DNA from: an uncultured bacterium
Lineage (GTDB): Bacteria > Babelota > Babeliae > Babelales > Babelaceae
Length of the DNA: 64,000 bases
Direction: 5' to 3'
Assembly: GCA_963722385.1 (NCBI GenBank)
Contig: CAVRKK010000002.1
Coordinates: 352,001-416,000, forward strand
The notes beneath the pieces are model-generated. The model was not told the DNA's origin. It worked only from the letters and a program-made list of their open reading frames with translations, and did no database searches. Positions 40,767 through 50,261 of this stretch are shown piece after piece; position 1 is the first letter of the stretch, and each line of letters opens with the position of its first letter. The translations under genes and the position numbers were made by a program.

Positions 40767-41551
40767 TGCTCCTTTTTCTTATCAAGATTTTTGAAAACAA
40801 GCATCTGGATAGTCGTATGGATACCCTTTTCCTTGAGAAGCGTCACCATGATATCAAGCGCATCTGAATACGAGCCAAGCTTATCAACGAGACCCAGCTG
40901 ATAAGCTCGCCGACCAGAAAATATTCTTCCCTCTGCCCACTCTTCAGGTGAAAGGTCTTTAAGCGCCGGACGTCGATCAGTTACAATTTTTATGAACTCA
41001 TCGCCCATTTCCCCAATGCGCTCATGATCGGCTTCAAAGCTTACCGTTTGATTAGCCAGCATATGTCTACGCTTATTGTTTGCAAAAGTAGAAACAATTA
41101 TATACTCGGTAGCAGCTCTGGAATCCTCAAGCTTGGTGGTAATATTCGTCTTTTTTGGTACGTCCATTACCGTGCCCACGCTCCCAACATTCGTGAGGGG
41201 CGTTGCTACTAACGCGTCGGTTGCGCATGCTGCCTTATAGGCAGTGGATGCACATGTATCTTGGGCGAAAGCCACTATGGGCTTTTTCTCCTTCACTGCT
41301 TGAATCTCAAAAAATAACCTTTGGCCTGCAGTGATACGCCCACCAGGTGAGTCAATAAGCAATAAAATGCCCTTAACATCTTGATCATCGCGCAACTTGT
41401 TGAGCTTCGTTAAAAAGGGGCTGATCTTGCCTATATCACCCTTAAGCGTCAATACGCCAACGACAACTGGCTTGTCATTCGCGCAGGAGCCTAACGCCAT
41501 CAACATCGTGCTCGCTAACAAAACAAGAGGTCGTACAAACACGTAAGCCAT
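40763..41551 (-). CDS. sppA: S49 (SppA-like) peptidase with Ser nucleophile motif; possible lipoprotein
   Basis: IDSPGG, CASTAY, VGSVG, GLVDKLG. Confidence 0.82.
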   Translation of the reverse strand: MAYVFVRPLVLLASTMLMALGSCANDKPVVVGVLTLKGDIGKISPFLTKLNKLRDDQDVKGILLLIDSPGGRITAGQRLFFEIQAVKEKKPIVAFAQDTCASTAYKAACATDALVATPLTNVGSVGTVMDVPKKTNITTKLEDSRAATEYIIVSTFANNKRRHMLANQTVSFEADHERIGEMGDEFIKIVTDRRPALKDLSPEEWAEGRIFSGRRAYQLGLVDKLGSYSDALDIMVTLLKEKGIHTTIQMLVFKNLDKKKEH

Positions 41552-41553
41552 AC

Positions 41554-42486
41554 TTAACTCTTGGCTTCGCTATTTTGCTGCTCGTCTTTACGCACCTCGA
41601 AGAAAATCACCTTCCCATACACACGGTTATTGCGCTCTTTCAGAACATCCCTCATAGTTTTGACAACGGTCGAAAGCGACCCAACTTCGTCAACAAGCCC
41701 GATTTCTGGTTGTACTGCGCGCCTCCCACTAAATTCTTTCCCATCGGCCCAGCTGTCTCGTTCAGCTAAACTTATGTTACGGTTTTCTGCTATATCTTCA
41801 CAAAATTGGTCATAATAGTCTTGAATCAATTGGTCAAAATACGCTTTGTGATCGTCGCTCAGCTCGCTATGTGGGTTGCCCGCTGTTTTATACTTGCCCT
41901 TGGCAATCAGCGTATATTCCACATTGGCTTCCATCTCGCTATTATCCAAGCGAACATTTTGATAGCGCTGGAGAGTAACACTAAATCCGATTCCACCTAT
42001 CGTTGAAACGGGGCTCGCAATAATTGCTTCTGCGCCCAATGCAACATAATAGCAATTCAACTCACATGTTTCTTCGATAAAACCGATAACTGGCTTCACC
42101 TCGTTTACTCTTTTGACCTCGCTAAAAAGAGAATAGCTTTCTCCAAGCGACAGATCATTATTATTATTTAAGCGAATGATAACACCTTGTATTTCATCTG
42201 CTTGAGCAAGCTCCCGGAGCTGCATCAAAAGAGGCCAGGTATCTTCTGCATGAGTGATATCAAGAACAGCAATAGTAAGAGACAGCTCTTGCTTCTTTTC
42301 TTCTTCAGCTTCAGCTTTTGCCGTGGGAACATTTTCGGGTCTAGCTTTAGCGTGCTTTTTGACCGGCTTCTTGTGCTTTTGCCCGGCATGATGACATACG
42401 TTTTTTTTGCACTTAGGCTTGGGCGTTAGCGAGCCCGCAAAACCGAGGCAAAAAAGAAGTGCCGTGAGCTTTAATACTGAATTCAT
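41554..42486 (-). CDS. S49 (SppA-like) paralog lacking the Ser motif but keeping KGKYK
   Basis: KPVIGF, CELNCYY, IGGIG, KGKYK, GLVDEVG. Confidence 0.8.
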   Translation of the reverse strand: MNSVLKLTALLFCLGFAGSLTPKPKCKKNVCHHAGQKHKKPVKKHAKARPENVPTAKAEAEEEKKQELSLTIAVLDITHAEDTWPLLMQLRELAQADEIQGVIIRLNNNNDLSLGESYSLFSEVKRVNEVKPVIGFIEETCELNCYYVALGAEAIIASPVSTIGGIGFSVTLQRYQNVRLDNSEMEANVEYTLIAKGKYKTAGNPHSELSDDHKAYFDQLIQDYYDQFCEDIAENRNISLAERDSWADGKEFSGRRAVQPEIGLVDEVGSLSTVVKTMRDVLKERNNRVYGKVIFFEVRKDEQQNSEAKS

Positions 42487-42509
42487 ACGATCCTTACAAA
42501 GTTATAATT

Positions 42510-43121
42510 TTAAAGAGAGCTCAAAAAGCTTACGGCTATTTGACTCCACGACTCAAGATTATCATATTGTTCGACGCATTCTTGCAACGAAACAAGTCTG
42601 CCATTTTTAAATTCGGATTTAACGCTAATCATGGGGCTATCGCCGCGAAACAACATGACCAAGCCCATGTGGACGCGGCCAACATCGGTGGCATCGTCGT
42701 TAAGTATGCCGATAAATTCCGTTGAAAAAGTTCCCGCATAGCTCACTTCTTCATTGAACTCTCGCATTGCCCAGCCCACAATGTCTTGCTGCTTCATGTC
42801 CTCATGGCGCAAATGGCCGCCAATACCGAGGCTTAACTTACTACGAAGCCGTTGCTCGCTCGCCTGAGCTTGCCGCTCCATAAGAAAATAACGGCCCTGG
42901 TGGGCAAAAATAATATAGGGAATTACTTGCTTGTAGGCATAGTCCGTCTCCATCAACGAGCGGGGAAGGAAAGTATGGTAAGCCTTGATGCGCTCAAGAT
43001 ACTTTTCCAACTCAGCACCTTGTATGCCCTGCCAGTCTTCCTCAACAAAAAAATCTGCTCTCTTGACGACCATGATATTTTCTTCAGGCCCCTGATAGGC
43101 TTTGTTATTGGCTACACTCAT
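42510..43121 (-). CDS. NUDIX-family phosphoesterase
   Basis: KQVIPY, LGIGGH, REFNEEV, VGRVHMG. Confidence 0.82.
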   Translation of the reverse strand: MSVANNKAYQGPEENIMVVKRADFFVEEDWQGIQGAELEKYLERIKAYHTFLPRSLMETDYAYKQVIPYIIFAHQGRYFLMERQAQASEQRLRSKLSLGIGGHLRHEDMKQQDIVGWAMREFNEEVSYAGTFSTEFIGILNDDATDVGRVHMGLVMLFRGDSPMISVKSEFKNGRLVSLQECVEQYDNLESWSQIAVSFLSSL

Positions 43122-43238
43122 TCGCAGTTATCCTTTGTCAGAGAAGGCAAAATCAATATTTTTATAATACCATACTTATCAAATCAGTGCTAACTGCTTT
43201 TCAAAATGCCCAGCGGTTTGTTTCAAGTTAACCGTCCC

Positions 43239-44363
43239 TTAAGAAATAAAGCTTTCAATATGCGCTACAATTTCAGCAGGCAAGCCGCTAGCTCGTCTTG
43301 TACCCGTTTGTATAGGTCGCTGGCCTATAGGACTTACCACCTGTCTTTGATGTATCAGATAAAATCGATTCTCAGCGTACTCAGAGATAAGCTCGAGTAC
43401 TTCAGTGAGCCTCGGTAGCATATGAGGGTCACACTCAGGATTATTAATGATAGCGTCAACTCGATCACCAACCGGTTCCCAACCGATGCCTAGATCGTAG
43501 AGTTGCGCAAATTCAAGCAATAGCTTAACAGCTTCAACGCGTCCTTGGACAGCAGACCATGTAAGTGCCTTTCTGATGGCATTTATAAGCGCTTCTTCGG
43601 TAATTGTTTTTAGCACTAGCCGATGAGCTAAAGCATCAAGAACAACTCGGACAGTTTCAACATGCCCCGGCAGGGAACTACGCGTCAAAGCCTCAGCAAG
43701 TATATCATTGGTAATCTCGTCAGACCAACTTGAGGCAAGGATTAAATCAATAACACGCTTGCGTCCGTGGGCCGCGGCTAAGAAAAATATTCTTTTCATA
43801 ACAACTTGTCGCTGTAGATGTTGATAAGGAAAATGTTCGGGATTATTTATGATGTCTTGAGTCCAGCCAAAGGCATAGTCTTCTCCGAGCATGAGCTCAC
43901 GGCCTACTAGGTCAAGGTGCGATTCTAAGATATGAACCCCCCGCGCAGGATGGTGACCATGCTCAAAAAGCCAATCACTAAGTCGGCGAGCATCTGCCAT
44001 TATGGCACCTTCGTAAAGACAGTTCTGCTGCATCGTTTCCAAAAAGTTGAAAATCCCGGTGCTCATTCTTTTCTTGACAAGAAGCTTTCTAATTTCATCT
44101 CTTACTTCTTTCAGAAATTCTACCGAGCTTATGTGGTTAATATCGAATCCATTGAGCAGAAGCTCTTTGAGCTCATGCTCGCTATTATTAACCATGGCCT
44201 GAGCTATTCTTTGAGCTAAAGTAGGCGGCTGCTGCCTAAAAGGATTAAGCCAATTTAAAAAGTCTTTACTTCCCGTCGGTTTTTCCATGCTTTGCGTAGA
44301 GCAGCAAAGACCAAAACATAAGAAAACAAGTGTACTTTTTAGCAAAGAACCAAAATTTATCAT
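43239..44363 (-). CDS. Signal-peptide protein with degenerate ankyrin repeats and C-terminal F-box-like motif
   Basis: AAAHGR, GHVETVRVVL, SAVQGRVEAVKLLLE; terminal LPAEIVAHIESFIS. Confidence 0.75.
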   Translation of the reverse strand: MINFGSLLKSTLVFLCFGLCCSTQSMEKPTGSKDFLNWLNPFRQQPPTLAQRIAQAMVNNSEHELKELLLNGFDINHISSVEFLKEVRDEIRKLLVKKRMSTGIFNFLETMQQNCLYEGAIMADARRLSDWLFEHGHHPARGVHILESHLDLVGRELMLGEDYAFGWTQDIINNPEHFPYQHLQRQVVMKRIFFLAAAHGRKRVIDLILASSWSDEITNDILAEALTRSSLPGHVETVRVVLDALAHRLVLKTITEEALINAIRKALTWSAVQGRVEAVKLLLEFAQLYDLGIGWEPVGDRVDAIINNPECDPHMLPRLTEVLELISEYAENRFYLIHQRQVVSPIGQRPIQTGTRRASGLPAEIVAHIESFIS

Positions 44364-44615
44364 GAGGCAGCCCTTTAAATAGAGGACAATGTTTTTAAAA
44401 CTAAAATATAGCTTAACACAAATAGAAAAAAGTAAAAGCGTTAATCTTCTGGTAGCGCCTCTAGGAGCGAGTTAACCCAACACGCGTTTAATGGAGCGCT
44501 ACGCGTGCGCCCTTGTGCATCTGTTGTTTTTTTTGATCATATCGCTATACTATATAATGTCATGTTTTTTACTAATTGGCCATAAGCCGACGCATTTCTC
44601 CCCGGAGGAGTTTTT

Positions 44616-44750
44616 ATGAACCGACATAATTCCGTGCATTCTTTTGTTTCACCTCTGTCTTATCCGTCTTTCTCTTCTTTTATCTGCACGCATATTATGT
44701 CTATTATTGTGCTCTGTTCAGCAATGGTTCTATCATATCTAGCCCTGTAA
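44616..44750 (+). CDS. Small ORF (44 aa) upstream of brnQ; leader peptide or small membrane protein
   Basis: GGAGGAG RBS; MNRHNSVHSFVSPLSYPSFSSFICTHIMSIIVLCSAMVLSYLAL. Confidence 0.5.
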   Translation: MNRHNSVHSFVSPLSYPSFSSFICTHIMSIIVLCSAMVLSYLAL

Positions 44751-44815
44751 TGGGTTTTTGATTGTCCTTTTTTTTGTTACCTACCTAATTTTAATATTAT
44801 CTTGATAGGAATTAT

Positions 44816-45973
44816 ATGAATTTACCATGGGCACGAATAGTGCAAATAAGCCTGGTTATATTTGCGATGTTGTTTGGCGCGGGCAACCTTATGCTGCCCC
44901 TTAAAGTTGGTTTGCTCGCGGGCTCGCAAAGCGTCTGGGGTATTCTTGGCTTTCTCGTTACCGGCGTTCTTTTGCCGCTGCTTGGCCTTTTGGCGATCAT
45001 CGCTTTTGATGGCGATTACAATGCATTCTTTGGCAGGGTGGGCAAAATTCCTGGCGCGCTAATCACCTTCTTTTGCATTTTGGCGCTGGGGCCCCTTATC
45101 GTAATGCCCCGTATTGTAACACTTTCATATGAGATGTTGCAGCCCTTTTTGCCAACAATGCACGTTGGGGTGTTTGCCCTTATTTTTTTGGGGTACGTTT
45201 TCTCGGTAACCTATAAGCCCGGCAGATTGCTCCATTTGATCGGAACTTTCTTAAGCCCTCTTAAAGTACTCAGTATTTGCACCATTGTTATCGCGGGACT
45301 TTTTTCCGGATTGCCGGCTGCGCCCATAGCAATCCCGATCGCAGAGCTTTTTTCAACCGGCATCAAATATGGCTTTGGCACACTGGACCTGTTAGGCACC
45401 ATATTTTTTGGGTCCATCGTGGTAAAAATGCTTAAATCAGATGCTGCAAGCAATTTTAGTATGCGAGGGCGCATACGCGTTGCCGCTTTCGCAGGGATAG
45501 CAGCCGCACTTCTTTTGGGGCTTGTCTATATCGGTATGAATTTCCTCGGCGTTTTCCATGGCCAGGGACTCGAGCATTTAAACGAAGGACAGCTTTTTAG
45601 CGTCATATCTTTTAGGATACTGGGTACCTATGGTGCCGCCCTCATCGGCTTTACCGTCTTTTTGGCCTGCTTTACGACGACCGTGGCGCTTACCGCTGTC
45701 GTTGCCGATTATGTCGCTGTCACCTTACTAAAAAATAAAGTAAATTATGTTGCGGTGCTTGCCGGCGTACTCGGCGTGTGCCTTATACCAGCCTCCTTAG
45801 GCCTTTCAGCTATCATGAAGTGTTCAATGCCACTCATTATAGCCATGTATCCCGTGCTTATTGTTATTGCCCTGTGCAACGCGCTTTACAAGCTCTGCGG
45901 GTTTACTATGATTAAATTACCGGTATTACTTATGTTTATTTTCGTCATCGTAAAGTTCTTGATAGGAAGCTGA
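44816..45973 (+). CDS. brnQ: Branched-chain amino acid transport system II carrier
   Basis: FAMLFGAGNL, GFLVTGV, GPLIVMPR, LACFTT. Confidence 0.9.
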   Translation: MNLPWARIVQISLVIFAMLFGAGNLMLPLKVGLLAGSQSVWGILGFLVTGVLLPLLGLLAIIAFDGDYNAFFGRVGKIPGALITFFCILALGPLIVMPRIVTLSYEMLQPFLPTMHVGVFALIFLGYVFSVTYKPGRLLHLIGTFLSPLKVLSICTIVIAGLFSGLPAAPIAIPIAELFSTGIKYGFGTLDLLGTIFFGSIVVKMLKSDAASNFSMRGRIRVAAFAGIAAALLLGLVYIGMNFLGVFHGQGLEHLNEGQLFSVISFRILGTYGAALIGFTVFLACFTTTVALTAVVADYVAVTLLKNKVNYVAVLAGVLGVCLIPASLGLSAIMKCSMPLIIAMYPVLIVIALCNALYKLCGFTMIKLPVLLMFIFVIVKFLIGS

Positions 45974-45978
45974 TTCTG

Positions 45979-48441
45979 ATGAATTACAACGCGCGTGAAA
46001 TCGAAAAAAAATGGCAAGATATCTGGGAGTCTCGGCATATTGGCTATGCCCAGCCTGCCGGCCATGGCAAGAAATATTACTGCCTTGATATGTTTCCCTA
46101 CCCATCAGGTGCTGGTCTGCATGTCGGTCATTGGCGCGGTTACGTACTTTCCGACGTTTATGAGCGCGTGAAATGGTTACAAGGGTATAACGTGCTCCAT
46201 CCCATGGGGTGGGATGCCTTTGGCCTGCCTGCCGAAAATGATGCGATAAAGCGTGGCATCCAGCCAGCTATAAGCACAGCCGCCAATATAGCGACGTTTA
46301 AAAGGCAGCTTAAAGATACGGGGGCTCTCTACGATTGGTCAAAAGAGATTAACACCACAGATCCAGCATATTATAAATGGACGCAGTGGATTTTCTTGAA
46401 GATGTATGAGGCGGGCCTTGCTTATCAGACTGACATGCCCATAAATTGGTGCCCCTCGTGCTTGACCGGCCTTGCCAATGAAGAGGTCGTTGGTGGCGGG
46501 TGCGAGCGGTGTGGCACCGCCGTTGAGCAAAAAAAGATTAAGCAATGGGTGCTCAAAATTACCGCCTATGCTGAAAAATTACTGCAGGGGCTCGACAAGC
46601 TTAACTGGCCAGAAAAAGTAAAAACCATGCAGCGCAATTGGATCGGGCGCAGCGAAGGGCTCATTTTTTCAGCACCCGTTAAAGGGCTTGATCTGGTAAT
46701 CGAGACATTCTCCGCACATTTTGAAACTTTTGCAGCTGACACCTTCGTGGTCATCGCGCCTGATCACCCCTTATTGCCGCAGCTTATTGCTGGGGTACCT
46801 GAGCGAGAAAAAATCCAAGCATTGTGTGACGCACTCATTGCACAGCGTGCAGCAGGGTTGCATGCTGAAGATCATGAGCCAGAGGGTATTTTTACGGGTC
46901 GTTATATTATTGACCCGGTCGGCAATGGAGAGCTGCCTATCTGGGTTGCAAGCTTTGTGTTAGCGCAGTATGGGACGGGCATCGTCAAGTGCTCAGCTCA
47001 CGATGAGCGTGATTTTGCCTTTGCCAAGAAATATAATATTCCTCTTAAGGCAGTACTTTTCCCTCCCGATAACCCAGCGCTGAGCGAACGAATCGCGCGC
47101 TTTGAAACCTGTTATACGGACATGGTCAACGGAATTTTGCATGAGCCGGCCGCTTTTGCTGGCAAGCGAAGCGGTGATGTCCGCAGCGCTATCATACGCT
47201 ATTGCGTAGAGCGGGGCTACGCGCGTCCACATGTGAGTTATAAATTACGTGACTGGGTCTTTTCTCGCCAACGCTACTGGGGCGAGCCCATCCCGATTAT
47301 TCACTGCCAACGATGCGGCATCGTGCCAGTCCCCGAAAAAGATCTGCCCGTTACCTTGCCCGAGGTCGAACGATATCAACCAACAGGTACTGGTGAGTCA
47401 CCGCTCGCAGCGATTGCTGCATGGGTCAATGTCCCCTGCCCGCACTGTGGTGGCCCTGCACGGCGCGAAACCAATACTATGCCCCAGTGGGCTGGCTCGT
47501 CGTGGTACTTTTTACGCTACCCCGATGCTCATTGCGCCGATAAGCCGTTCACGCAAGAAAACATGGAGTATTGGCTCCCCGTCGACTTATACGTCGGTGG
47601 CATCGAGCATGCAATTTTGCATTTGTTGTATGCACGCTTTTACGTAAAAGTGCTCAACGACCTTGGCTATTTACCATTTGATGAACCTTTTGAGCAACTC
47701 TTTAATCAAGGCATGATTACGAAGTACTCAGAAAAGACGGGCCTGGTTGAAAAAATGTCTAAGTCCAAAGGAAATGTCGTTAATCCTGATGAGATGGTTC
47801 ACGAATATGGTTCTGACGCGCTTCGCTTATATATCTTATTTATGGGGCCGCCAGAGCTTGATGCGGAATGGCAAGATGCAGGTATTGAGGGATGCAAGCG
47901 ATTCTTGAATCGCTTTTGGACCTATATGACAAACCCGGATATGATTTTGCCGCGTGGCACGCCTGAAGAGCGCTCAACGACGCAGCATGTGCATCGCTTG
48001 TTAAAGGATGTGCAAGAGCGCTTGGAGCTCTTTAAGCCTAATACCGTAGTTTCGGCATTTATGGAATGGCTTAACGCCGCCATGGTAAAGCATATGCGCT
48101 TAAGCCGCGAGTCAGCTGAAAAAGTGCTGCTCACACTATCCGTCGCCGCACCCCATATAGCAAGTGAGCTTTTGCTCACTTTATTGGACAAAGAGGTCTG
48201 GAACTGTTCATGGCCAACGTATAATCCCGCGCTTGCTGCCCCGGAAGAGGTAACAATCGCCATACAAGTTAATGGTAGGCTACGCGGTACGCTCACGGTT
48301 CCTGTCGTTGCTGAAGAGCGGGAAATTGAAGAGCGGGCTCGAACGCTGGTCCAGAATTGGCTGCACGCCAAAACGGTTGTACGTGTCATCTACGTACCGC
48401 ATAAGATGGTGAACTTTGTCGTCGCTGAGCAAGGCACATAG
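45979..48441 (+). CDS. leuS: Leucine--tRNA ligase
   Basis: MFPYPSG.LHVGH, RQRYWGEPIP, KMSKS. Confidence 0.97.
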   Translation: MNYNAREIEKKWQDIWESRHIGYAQPAGHGKKYYCLDMFPYPSGAGLHVGHWRGYVLSDVYERVKWLQGYNVLHPMGWDAFGLPAENDAIKRGIQPAISTAANIATFKRQLKDTGALYDWSKEINTTDPAYYKWTQWIFLKMYEAGLAYQTDMPINWCPSCLTGLANEEVVGGGCERCGTAVEQKKIKQWVLKITAYAEKLLQGLDKLNWPEKVKTMQRNWIGRSEGLIFSAPVKGLDLVIETFSAHFETFAADTFVVIAPDHPLLPQLIAGVPEREKIQALCDALIAQRAAGLHAEDHEPEGIFTGRYIIDPVGNGELPIWVASFVLAQYGTGIVKCSAHDERDFAFAKKYNIPLKAVLFPPDNPALSERIARFETCYTDMVNGILHEPAAFAGKRSGDVRSAIIRYCVERGYARPHVSYKLRDWVFSRQRYWGEPIPIIHCQRCGIVPVPEKDLPVTLPEVERYQPTGTGESPLAAIAAWVNVPCPHCGGPARRETNTMPQWAGSSWYFLRYPDAHCADKPFTQENMEYWLPVDLYVGGIEHAILHLLYARFYVKVLNDLGYLPFDEPFEQLFNQGMITKYSEKTGLVEKMSKSKGNVVNPDEMVHEYGSDALRLYILFMGPPELDAEWQDAGIEGCKRFLNRFWTYMTNPDMILPRGTPEERSTTQHVHRLLKDVQERLELFKPNTVVSAFMEWLNAAMVKHMRLSRESAEKVLLTLSVAAPHIASELLLTLLDKEVWNCSWPTYNPALAAPEEVTIAIQVNGRLRGTLTVPVVAEEREIEERARTLVQNWLHAKTVVRVIYVPHKMVNFVVAEQGT

Positions 48442-48465
48442 AACGAATCAAACCATATAAAAGAC

Positions 48466-49047
48466 ATGAAAAAACAAATCGATACTGCAAACAAAGTGCG
48501 CTGCTTCGGTGAGGAGATTAGCAAAGAGCTTGCTGACTATCATGACAATGAGTGGGGAGTTCCTGTTCATGATGACCGACGTCTATTTGAAATGCTCATA
48601 CTTGAAGGAGCTCAAGCGGGACTTAATTGGGAAACAATTCTTAAAAGGCGCAAAGCTTATAATAGGGCGTTTCACCAATTTGATCCAGCAAAAGTTGCCT
48701 CGATGAGCGATGATGAACTGAGCGTCCTTCTTCATAATCCTGAGATTATTCGCAATAAGCTAAAAATATATAGCGTGCGGAATAATGCTCGCGTTTTTTT
48801 GCAAATCCAGAGCGAATTTGGTTCTTTTGATCGGTATCTTTGGCATTTTGTTGGCAATAAGCCTGTTATACATCGTAGGCAATCGCTTTCAGAAATTCCT
48901 GCTTTTAGTATCGAAAGTACTGCTTTATCGAAAAATTTAAAAAAATGTGAGATGATATTCGTTGGTCCTACCATAATATATGCTTATATGCAGGCGGTAG
49001 GTCTGGTTAATGATCATATAGTCTCATGTTGGCGCTACGCCGGCTAA
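48466..49047 (+). CDS. tag: DNA-3-methyladenine glycosylase I
   Basis: YHDNEWG, LEGAQAGLNW, FVGPTI, NDH..C. Confidence 0.95.
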   Translation: MKKQIDTANKVRCFGEEISKELADYHDNEWGVPVHDDRRLFEMLILEGAQAGLNWETILKRRKAYNRAFHQFDPAKVASMSDDELSVLLHNPEIIRNKLKIYSVRNNARVFLQIQSEFGSFDRYLWHFVGNKPVIHRRQSLSEIPAFSIESTALSKNLKKCEMIFVGPTIIYAYMQAVGLVNDHIVSCWRYAG

Positions 49048-49118
49048 TTAATCGAAACCGTTTAAGCATAAACAAGCCGCAACGTAAGAAAAACTCTCCG
49101 TATGAGCAGCATACCTAG

Positions 49119-49688
49119 CTAAATATTCTTCAAGTATCCGCGAACATAATCGGCCGTACGAGGCAGTGATTGGCTTTTAAGAATGCCTAAATATTCTTCA
49201 GGGCTTTTGGTCGGATTTTTCAAGCTAAGTTTTGTCTCCCTCATTGTTGCAATCACGGTAGCGCGATCTAAATCAAGTAAACTTATAAGAAAGTCATCTG
49301 GATGACTGGCCTTGATATTATATTGATTTGGAGCTTTAGCAGGAAAATCACGCAAATTAAAGGTGATAATAAGCTGTGCTTTTGTATAAATAGCAGCTGC
49401 TAAAACATGTCGATCATGAGGATCTGGTAGCGTTAGTTCTTTAATTAATTTCTCATACCCTTCCACCATGCAATCTCTAATGTGCCTATTCATTTTTTCT
49501 TTTGTCCTGCAAAGCCCCTCTTCTGTTAGATCAGGACGGTTTTTTAAAAGGTTGTAGATCCATTCCCTATGTATTTCATCGGTCCATTTGGCTTGGTAAA
49601 GGTCCCTTACAGCAAGGCGCATCAACAAATCTCTTAATGGCGCAGGATAGAGAACACAAGAATCATAAATAACGATAGGCCGCTTCAC
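49119..49688 (-). CDS. PIN-domain protein (toxin candidate)
   Basis: YDSCVLYP, DPHDRHVLAAA, TFNLRDFP. Confidence 0.85.
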   Translation of the reverse strand: MKRPIVIYDSCVLYPAPLRDLLMRLAVRDLYQAKWTDEIHREWIYNLLKNRPDLTEEGLCRTKEKMNRHIRDCMVEGYEKLIKELTLPDPHDRHVLAAAIYTKAQLIITFNLRDFPAKAPNQYNIKASHPDDFLISLLDLDRATVIATMRETKLSLKNPTKSPEEYLGILKSQSLPRTADYVRGYLKNI

Positions 49689-49696
49689 GATGATTA

Positions 49697-50155
49697 CTAG
49701 TACCCCATATCCAATGTCTGAGCTTCCGCAGCTAATTCATCAAGTACCTTGCGACGAGCTTCGTCGATTTTTGCTTTGTAATTAAGAATATCTTGGCGTA
49801 AAACCTTTCTGCGAGTTCCAACTTTATGGAAAGGAATCTTTTTTTCCTCTAAGAGCCGAATAAGGTAGGGACGTGAAACGTTTAATAAATCTGCTGCCTG
49901 CTGTGTTGTTAATTCAGGTCGTACAGAAGTTACATTAACAGCGTTTCCCTCTCCCATCTCTACTAAAATTTCGAGAAACAGCTTAAACGCCGATGAGGGC
50001 ACCTTAACCATGTTATCGCATTGATCGCCATCTGTGAACTTAATCTCGATCGATTTAGAGCTTTTAACGAACACATTCAATAAGATGCGGCTAGATTGCT
50101 GCGCTAATGCAGCTTCTTTATTGCTAGGCACAATAGGGAACTTTGGATAAGACAT
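49697..50155 (-). CDS. Excisionase-family (HTH_17) DNA-binding protein, partner of PIN gene
   Basis: ELTTQQAADLLNVSRPYL..LLE..IPF.KVG. Confidence 0.88.
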   Translation of the reverse strand: MSYPKFPIVPSNKEAALAQQSSRILLNVFVKSSKSIEIKFTDGDQCDNMVKVPSSAFKLFLEILVEMGEGNAVNVTSVRPELTTQQAADLLNVSRPYLIRLLEEKKIPFHKVGTRRKVLRQDILNYKAKIDEARRKVLDELAAEAQTLDMGY

Positions 50156-50261
50156 ATTGCCTCCTGGCTATTCCTTAAACATCAACTTAATGATAGCAAC
50201 TATTCGAAAAAAACGCAATATTCGCAATGAACATTTCTTATAACTAAAGGCTAGAACATCC

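Noticed and set aside
44450..44502. tRNA-like 3' end (GGCGCTACCA on minus strand) with a GTAGCGC/GCGCTAC inverted repeat
   Set aside because: No intact TTCGA T-loop or cloverleaf; too weak to call a tRNA or att site
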